DNA of 64,000 nt from positions 9,482-73,481 of the forward strand of contig CAYGVT010000023.1 of NCBI GenBank assembly GCA_964353355.1, read 5' to 3'. Under the pieces are notes generated by a model. It searched no databases, was not told the origin of the DNA, and saw only the letters and a list, made by a program, of their open reading frames with translations. A program made the translations under genes and the position numbers. This stretch comes from an uncultured Thermoplasmata archaeon. Lineage in GTDB: Archaea > Thermoplasmatota > DTKX01 > GCA-020343715. Positions 43,057 to 49,420 of the stretch are shown one piece after another (the first letter of the stretch is position 1; each line of letters opens with the position of its first letter).

Positions 43057-46000
43057 ATGCGGGATACTGGACGCCCCGCCACCCCGTACCATGGAGGACC
43101 CGACTTGAGCCCCGGACCCACCCGCATTCTCGTGCCATCGCTGCTCCTCGCACTGATGGCCATCCCGACCGGCGCCGCGCCGGGCGACGGCGGCGTCGAG
43201 CTCATGGGCGCGCTCGAGGACTACGTGGCCTCGAGCACGGGCCTGCCCACGACGAGCGACTTCTTCTTCGTCGTGCTCGCGGACGTCAACGACGACGGGT
43301 TCAGGGACATCGTGTCCTCGGTCTCGAACTACTCGTCCCGCTCCACCATGCTGGGCCTCAGGGTCTACACCTGCAAGGGCGGCACGTCGTGGGAGGATAA
43401 CTCCTCCGGGCTGCCCACGGTCGACCGCTACGGCGGCATCGGCGTGGGCGACATGGACGGCGACGGCGACCTGGACATCGCCTCCGGCATCGAGACGAAC
43501 GAGGGCTCGTCCAACGAGGGCGTCAGGGTGTGGCTCAACAACGGCACCGTGGGCGGCAAGCTCAGCTGGAAGGCCGGCCCCACCCCCAGCACGCGGTGGC
43601 AGTACTGCACCGTGACCGTGGCCGACATCGACGCGGACGGCGACGGCGACCTCATCGCCGGGGGGAAGTCGGGCATCGGCATCGACGTGTACAAGGGCAA
43701 CGGGGGCGCGGGCGGCGCGCTGCAGTGGACCGACAGCAGCACCGGGTTGCCCACGAGCAGCTCCTACACCGGGCTCGCGGTCGCGGACATGAACAGCGAC
43801 GGCGACCTGGACATCGTCGCGACCGACTACCAGAACTCGGGCAATAACGTCCAGCTGTGGACGGGCGACGGCACCGGCAGGTGGACGTCGCGCGTCTCCA
43901 GCATGCCCGCGGGGACCGACCTCACCATGGGCGTCGCGGTCGACGACTTCGACCTCGACGGCAACAACGACATCGTCTACGGCACGCGCGACGCCGAGAT
44001 GATGTGCCTTCTCGGCAACGGCGGCGGCTCCGACGGCGCGAGCTTCTGCTGGACCTCGGCCGACACGGGGCTTCCCACCACGGGCGGCTGGGGGCAGATA
44101 TCGACCGGGGACGTGGACAAGGACGGCGACCCCGACGTGCTCGCGGGGTGCTCGGGCCGCGCCCTCGAGCTATACCTGAGCGACGGCGGCGTGGGAGGCA
44201 CGCTCGACTGGACCAAGGCCAGCAAGGGCCTTCCCACGGGCAACTTCTACGCCGCGGCCCTGGGCGACTTCGACGGCGACCGCGTGCTCGACGTCGTGGG
44301 CGGGCTCATGGCCAGCCGGACCGCTGGCGGGCTGCGCGCCTACAGGGGCGCGGTCACGGGCGAGTCCTACCCCGTGGCCAAGGCCGTGTGGAACGGGACC
44401 GCGGCGAACGAGACCACGGTCGTGCTCGGCGTCGACGTGGAGGCGGACGGCCGCGGCAGCTACGACGCGGAGGACGCGCCGGCGGGCGACGCCGGCGGCA
44501 CCGCGCTCGTCTACGACTGGAACCTCACGCAGGTGCCCGCGCTCTCGGCGCTCGGCGACGCGAACCTCACGCCCAATGACGCGAACGCGACGCCCTCCTT
44601 CAGGCCCGACGCGCTGGGCGACTACGCGCTCACGCTCGTCGTGCGCGATTCCGACCGGCACTGGTCCGAGGTCGCGGCGCGGCTCGTCCTCCACGTGCTC
44701 AAGCCCAACGAACCCCCGGTCGCGGACGCGGGCGCGGACCAGGTCGTGACGACGGGCGCGAGCGTTGAGCTCAACGGCACGGCCTCCCGCGACCCCGACG
44801 GCGAGATAGACGAGTGGGAGTGGAACGCCTCCGCGCTCAACCCCGCCGCGGTGGCCCTCGCAGGCAACAACACCACGGTCGCGAGCTTCACGGCCGGCAC
44901 GGTCGGCCTCTACGCGTTCACGCTGCGAATCCGCGATGACAACGGCAGCTGGAGCGCGCCCGACGAGGTCACGGTCACGGTCGAGCTCCCGCCGAACACC
45001 CGCCCCATCGCCAACGCGGGCGTCGACGTGGGCGTGAGGGAGGGCGAGCCGGTCGAGCTCGACGGCTCCGCCTCCTACGACCCCGACGGCACCATCGCCG
45101 CGTGGGAGTGGGACTGCACGAGCCACCCCGGGCTCGCGCTTGTGAACAATACGACCGCCAGGGTGTCCTTCGTGCCGGCCGAGGCCGGCGACCACACCCT
45201 CGCCCTCAGGGTCCAGGACGACCGTGGCGACTGGAGCCCGCTGGACACGGTCACGGTGCGCGTCGTGGGCGTGGACGTCAACCTCCCGCCCGTCGCGGAC
45301 ATCGAGGGCCCGACGGTGGTCGAGGCCTTCGTGGGCGACTCGGTCGCGCTCTCGGGCGCGACCTCGCGCGACCCGGACGGTACAGTGGTCGAGTGGACCT
45401 GGAACTGCACCACCCACGCGGTCACCTTCGCGGGCCAGGGTACGGCCACGGCCTCCTTCGTCCCGGCCGTGGCAGGCTACCTCTCCATCACGCTCGCGGT
45501 GCGCGACGACAACGGCACGTGGTCGCTGTCGGAGGACGCGGTCGTCGTCGGCGTGGCCGTCCGGCCCAACGTGCCGCCGGCGGCGGTCATAACGGGGCCC
45601 TCAGGAACGGTCATGACGGGCGACACCGTCACCATCGACGGCTCGGACTCCTACGACCCCGACGGCACGATAGCCGTGTGGCTGTGGCATTGCTCCCCCC
45701 CCTCGGGCGTCGGGTTCTACGTGCAGGGCACGTCCCGGATAGTGGACGATCCGCGGGCCGGCACCTACACGTACACGCTCTGGGTCACCGACGATCAGGG
45801 CGCGCAGGGCCCTCCCGCGACGCTCACGTTCACTGTCGTCCAGCGCAACCGCCCGCCCGCTGTGCGATCGACGCTGCCGGTCGCGGGCGGACAGGAGCTC
45901 GAGAACGGCACACTCCTCGTGGCCTGGGAGGCGTCGGACCCGGACGGTGACGAGCTCGAGTACGCCATCGAGGTGATGGATGGCGCAGCGGTGGTGGCAC

Positions 46001-46464
46001 GCGCGTCCGCGGCCCCCGGCGCCAACCGCACCGCCCTCCTCGACTCCTTGCTCCACATCCCCAGGAACGTCACGCTCACCGTGCGCGTGAGGGCGACAGA
46101 GCGTTCCACCTTCGAGAGGCTCAACGCCACGGCCTCGTCCGCGGCCTTCCGCATCGTCGACCCCGCACCGCCCCCGCCGCCGCCCCCGCCCCCGCCGCCC
46201 GACGATGAGCCGGACGTCGTCACGGAGACCAGCGCGGTCACATCCCGCTGGAGCCTCATCGCGCTCGCCGCGCTCGTCGTCGCGGGCGTCGTCGGGGGCG
46301 TGATTCTCGTGGTGTCGCGGTCATCGGCCGGCGCGCCGATGCAACCGCCAGCGGCCGTGTGGCCGCAATCGGCCGTAGGCACGTGCCCCGCGTGCGGCTC
46401 CCCCATCGGCACCGACAACGCCTTCGGCAGGCCCTACTGCCCAAGGTGCGACAGGTACTACTGA
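43057..46464 (+). CDS. giant surface protein D: signal, 7-blade FG-GAP/VCBS (integrin-alpha-like) propeller, ~5 PKD domains, Ig/FN3-like module, poly-Pro stalk, TM, C-terminal zinc ribbon
   Basis: Seven D-x-(D/N)-x-D-G-x-x-D loops (ADVNDDGFRDIV, GDMDGDGDLDIA, ADIDADGDGDLIA, ADMNSDGDLDIV, DDFDLDGNNDIV, GDVDKDGDPDVL, GDFDGDRVLDVV). PKD-type P(V/I)A(D/N)AG...DGS.S.DPDG.I..W.W repeats. PAPPPPPPPPPPPDDEP, then the TM helix, then CPACG-x13-CPRCDRYY. Alternative TTG start near 43105. The track ORF from 41980 is an artefact extension. Confidence 0.85.
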   Translation: MRDTGRPATPYHGGPDLSPGPTRILVPSLLLALMAIPTGAAPGDGGVELMGALEDYVASSTGLPTTSDFFFVVLADVNDDGFRDIVSSVSNYSSRSTMLGLRVYTCKGGTSWEDNSSGLPTVDRYGGIGVGDMDGDGDLDIASGIETNEGSSNEGVRVWLNNGTVGGKLSWKAGPTPSTRWQYCTVTVADIDADGDGDLIAGGKSGIGIDVYKGNGGAGGALQWTDSSTGLPTSSSYTGLAVADMNSDGDLDIVATDYQNSGNNVQLWTGDGTGRWTSRVSSMPAGTDLTMGVAVDDFDLDGNNDIVYGTRDAEMMCLLGNGGGSDGASFCWTSADTGLPTTGGWGQISTGDVDKDGDPDVLAGCSGRALELYLSDGGVGGTLDWTKASKGLPTGNFYAAALGDFDGDRVLDVVGGLMASRTAGGLRAYRGAVTGESYPVAKAVWNGTAANETTVVLGVDVEADGRGSYDAEDAPAGDAGGTALVYDWNLTQVPALSALGDANLTPNDANATPSFRPDALGDYALTLVVRDSDRHWSEVAARLVLHVLKPNEPPVADAGADQVVTTGASVELNGTASRDPDGEIDEWEWNASALNPAAVALAGNNTTVASFTAGTVGLYAFTLRIRDDNGSWSAPDEVTVTVELPPNTRPIANAGVDVGVREGEPVELDGSASYDPDGTIAAWEWDCTSHPGLALVNNTTARVSFVPAEAGDHTLALRVQDDRGDWSPLDTVTVRVVGVDVNLPPVADIEGPTVVEAFVGDSVALSGATSRDPDGTVVEWTWNCTTHAVTFAGQGTATASFVPAVAGYLSITLAVRDDNGTWSLSEDAVVVGVAVRPNVPPAAVITGPSGTVMTGDTVTIDGSDSYDPDGTIAVWLWHCSPPSGVGFYVQGTSRIVDDPRAGTYTYTLWVTDDQGAQGPPATLTFTVVQRNRPPAVRSTLPVAGGQELENGTLLVAWEASDPDGDELEYAIEVMDGAAVVARASAAPGANRTALLDSLLHIPRNVTLTVRVRATERSTFERLNATASSAAFRIVDPAPPPPPPPPPPPDDEPDVVTETSAVTSRWSLIALAALVVAGVVGGVILVVSRSSAGAPMQPPAAVWPQSAVGTCPACGSPIGTDNAFGRPYCPRCDRYY

Positions 46465-46535
46465 GCTCTATGGATCGTCGGCGCTCGAGTTCCTCATCCT
46501 TCATCAGGGAGGGGACGCCAAATCCTCCACACACC

Positions 46536-46883
46536 TCACCCGGGAGGTGCCCTGCGCCCGTCCACTGCGTGTCTCACGGCCATCAGTGGGTGGCGCAGCA
46601 GCATGCGCGGGCCCGACCACCGCATGACGGCGCGGATGCGCTCGCGCATCTCGGGCCTGTAGCAGTGCACCGTGCACCTGCCGCACGTGGCCTTGCCCTC
46701 GCCGAACCGGCACCGGTCGAGGCGCCCGTGGGCGTAGGCGAGCAGCTCCGCGCACCCGTCGCACAGGGCGCCGCGCGTGCCGTGGTGGCCGCGGCAGTAC
46801 ATCCCGACCATGGCCGCGACCGTCCGCTTCTCCCTCCGGATGCGCGGCCCCTCGGCCTCCAGCACGCCGTTCCCAGGTGACAT
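46536..46883 (-). CDS. YgbA-family (nitrous-oxide-stimulated promoter family) Cys-rich protein
   Basis: REKRTVAAMVGMYCRGHHG...LCDGCAELLAYAHGRLDRCRFGEGKATCGRCTVHCYRPEMRERIRAVMRWSGPRMLLRHP closely follows the YgbA family pattern. Confidence 0.85.
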   Translation of the reverse strand: MSPGNGVLEAEGPRIRREKRTVAAMVGMYCRGHHGTRGALCDGCAELLAYAHGRLDRCRFGEGKATCGRCTVHCYRPEMRERIRAVMRWSGPRMLLRHPLMAVRHAVDGRRAPPG

Positions 46884-47007
46884 GGACGGGTGGTGGAGAG
46901 GGACCCCGACGGATTAGCCTTGTGCCGACGGGGCGGGGGCCCGGTGGGGGGTGGCCCGGTGGGGGGTCCCAAGGGCACGGGGGCGGGCCCTGGTATCCTC
47001 TCCGCGC

Positions 47008-47271
47008 TCACGCCGCGGTGGCGCGCCTGACCCTGCCGGTGCACGGGTCCAGGAGGATGTCGACGTGGCGCGATTCGCCGTTGGTGGAGAAATCGGCGGA
47101 GATGGCCCAATCGCCCTGTCCCCAGGTCAGGAACCGGTCGTCGAGCCTGAGGTTCTCGGGGAAGACGGAGAGGGTTTCGACGATGGCGCGCTCCACGAGG
47201 GGGATGATTTGGGAGGTGCTTATGAAGACGAGCAAGGGCCATCTCCACCTGTGACGTTGTCCATTGGGCAT
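47008..47271 (-). CDS. candidate 87-aa hypothetical protein
   Basis: This is the 3' part of the 47008..48180 track ORF. Strong GC3 from about codon 13 onward. Translation: MPNGQRHRWRWPLLVFISTSQIIPLVERAIVETLSVFPENLRLDDRFLTWGQGDWAISADFSTNGESRHVDILLDPCTGRV. An A-rich stretch lies ~20 nt upstream. I recognise no family. Confidence 0.45.
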   Translation of the reverse strand: MPNGQRHRWRWPLLVFISTSQIIPLVERAIVETLSVFPENLRLDDRFLTWGQGDWAISADFSTNGESRHVDILLDPCTGRVRRATAA

Positions 47272-47366
47272 ATAAGACCGTGGACGTTTTTTCCATCGAG
47301 TGGAAATCAGGAAAGGCCGCGGGGACGCCCGGAGCGCATCGTTGGCCCCGCCCCCAACCAACCAGG

Positions 47367-47382
47367 CAACCTTTATTAGCCC
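47367..47382 (+). promoter_or_regulatory. BRE/TATA-like box upstream of the PKD/FN3 gene
   Basis: caacctttattagccc, centred ~26 nt before TTG 47401 and ~44 nt before ATG 47419. Confidence 0.45.
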
Positions 47383-47400
47383 TCGGCCTCTCGCCATGCC

Positions 47401-48492
47401 TTGGAGAAGGTCGAGACCATGCGCCCCCAGCTGACCTCCATCAGGAGGCACGCCCTCCCCCTGGCAATCGTGCTGCTCGTCATCATCGGCATAGCGCTGC
47501 TGCTCTCCCGCACCACCGCGGCCGCGACCCCGGACGCGACGCCGCCCTTGGCCAACGCGGGGCTGGACTCGACCGTCCACTCCACCGGCGCGGCCAGGCT
47601 CGACGGCTCGGCCTCGACGGACGACGTCGGCGTGGTCGCGTGGACCTGGACGCTCGAGGACGCGGGCACGGACCACACGCTGCACGGGGCAGTGGCCTAC
47701 TTCCCCTTCACAAAGGCCGGCGCGCACAACGTCACCCTCAACGTCACCGACGCGGCCGGCAACTGGGACACGGACACGGCCGTCATCACCGTGCTCACGC
47801 CCCCCGGCCCCGCCACGCGGCCGCTCGCGTACGACCGCGACGGCTACGTCGAGGTCAAGTGGGGCGCGCCCGCCGAGGACGGCGGGTCCGTCGTCCAGCT
47901 CTACATGGTCTACAGGGGCGAGGCCGCGGACGCGCTCGCGCCCTTCTGCATCGTGGGCACCGAGGCCAACCTGGGCGATGCCTGGGTCCACAACGGACAT
48001 ACCTACTACTACGCGCTGTGCGCTATGAACGAGGTCGGGCTCGGCGCCTTCAGCGAGGTCGTGAACGCCACGCCCATCTCGGTCCCCCAGCCGCCCCGCA
48101 ACCTCACGGTCGTGGCCGTGAACGGGACCGTGCACCTCTCCTGGGAGCCCCCGAACGAGGTCCTGGGCTCGACGGGCCACACGAGCTACGACGTGTACCG
48201 CGGGACCGACCCGGACATGCTCGACTTCCTAAAAAACGTCAGGTACGTCGAGGAGTACGACGACGCGCAGGCCGAGCCGGGGACGACCTACTACTACGCG
48301 GTCGCGGCCAAGGCCGACATCGGCCAGAGCAACCTGGCCGGGCCGGTCGAGGTGAGTATGCCGTCTGAAGGGAGTGCCGAGGACGGGGGGACGGACGCGG
48401 CGCTCGCGCAGACCGCCATCGTCGCCCTCGCGCTGGTGTCCGTCATCGCCATCGCCGCGGTGATGCTCGCCACGAGGCGGTCGGCGCACTGA
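47401..48492 (+). CDS. surface protein with PKD domain + two fibronectin type III domains, N-terminal signal anchor and C-terminal TM
   Basis: PPLANAGLDSTVHSTGAARLDGSASTDDVGVVAWTWTL (PKD). Two FN3-like units (VKWGAPAEDGGS...YYYALCAMNEVG; LSWEPP...YDVYRG...TYYYAVAAKADIG). C-terminal helix TAIVALALVSVIAIAAVMLATRR. Alternative ATG start at 47419. Confidence 0.8.
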   Translation: MEKVETMRPQLTSIRRHALPLAIVLLVIIGIALLLSRTTAAATPDATPPLANAGLDSTVHSTGAARLDGSASTDDVGVVAWTWTLEDAGTDHTLHGAVAYFPFTKAGAHNVTLNVTDAAGNWDTDTAVITVLTPPGPATRPLAYDRDGYVEVKWGAPAEDGGSVVQLYMVYRGEAADALAPFCIVGTEANLGDAWVHNGHTYYYALCAMNEVGLGAFSEVVNATPISVPQPPRNLTVVAVNGTVHLSWEPPNEVLGSTGHTSYDVYRGTDPDMLDFLKNVRYVEEYDDAQAEPGTTYYYAVAAKADIGQSNLAGPVEVSMPSEGSAEDGGTDAALAQTAIVALALVSVIAIAAVMLATRRSAH

Positions 48493-48544
48493 CGCGCGGT
48501 CCAGGCCCCGGCCTGGCCGTGGTCCCCGCTCGCCGAACCTCTCC

Positions 48545-48561
48545 AAACAATTAATATGCCC
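48545..48561 (+). promoter_or_regulatory. TATA-like box upstream of the ABC operon
   Basis: aaacaattaatatgccc, an AT-rich island ~50 nt before GTG 48608. Confidence 0.45.
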
Positions 48562-48607
48562 CTGGCCCGTGCGCGTGCATGCCTGGGCCGCTCGTTGCCA
48601 GGCACAG

Positions 48608-49420
48608 GTGATCGGATTGGCGGTCTCCCAGGCGGTCGGGCCGGTCCTCAGTGTCGACGGCCTCGTCAAGGACTTCGGGCCAGTGAGGGCGGTCGATGGC
48701 CTGGCCTTCTCAATCATGCCAGGCCAGATCTACGGCCTGCTCGGCCCCAACGGCGCGGGCAAGACCACGACCATCAGGTGCGTGCTGGGCCTCCTCGAGG
48801 TCCGGTCCGGGGCCATCTCGGTCCTGGGCGAGGATCCCATGCGCGCGCCCGAGCGCGTCAAGGTCAACATCGGCTACGTCGCCGACGACCCCATGCTCTA
48901 CGGCTCCATCACCCCGCGCGAGATGCTCGACTTCGTCGCGTCCGTCAGGGGGCTGGACGCCGCGACCGCGACCGAGCGCGCGCGGGAGCTCATCACAGCC
49001 CTCGACGCGACCAAGTACTACGACTCCCTCATGGCAACGCTCAGCCGCGGCAACAAGCAGAAGTTCCAGATAGTGTCGGCGATGCTCCACGACCCCAGGC
49101 TCCTCATCCTCGACGAGCCCCTCTCGGGCCTGGACGCGCGCACGGGCCGCGTGGTCAAGGGCCTGCTGCGCCTCCACGCGGAGCGCGGCGGGGCCGTGCT
49201 GCTATCGACGCACATCATGGAGCAGGCGCAGACGCTGTGCGACCGCATCGGGGTCATCAACAGGGGCCGGATGGTCGCGGAGGGCACGCTCGAGCAGCTG
49301 CGCGCGGTGCAGCACTCCGCGGACGCCACCCTCGAGGAGCTCTTCCTCAAGCTCACGGAGCAGGAGGAGGACGTGAGGGAGTCCATCGACCGCCTCCGGC
49401 AGGACATGAACGGGAGGTGA
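48608..49420 (+). CDS. ABC transporter ATP-binding protein (ABC-2 / NosF-like subfamily)
   Basis: Walker A GLLGPNGAGKTT, signature LSRGNKQK, Walker B LLILDEPLSGLD, and H-loop LLSTH. GTG 48608 gives MIGLAVSQAVGPVLSVDGLVKDFG; the alternative is GTG 48569. Confidence 0.85.
   Translation: MIGLAVSQAVGPVLSVDGLVKDFGPVRAVDGLAFSIMPGQIYGLLGPNGAGKTTTIRCVLGLLEVRSGAISVLGEDPMRAPERVKVNIGYVADDPMLYGSITPREMLDFVASVRGLDAATATERARELITALDATKYYDSLMATLSRGNKQKFQIVSAMLHDPRLLILDEPLSGLDARTGRVVKGLLRLHAERGGAVLLSTHIMEQAQTLCDRIGVINRGRMVAEGTLEQLRAVQHSADATLEELFLKLTEQEEDVRESIDRLRQDMNGR

Noticed and set aside
47272-48180. Upstream 300 aa of the 390-aa minus-strand ORF 47008..48180
   Set aside because: It is antisense to the well-supported PKD/FN3 gene and low-complexity. 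Only the last 87 codons (47008..47271), which lie outside that gene, look coding.
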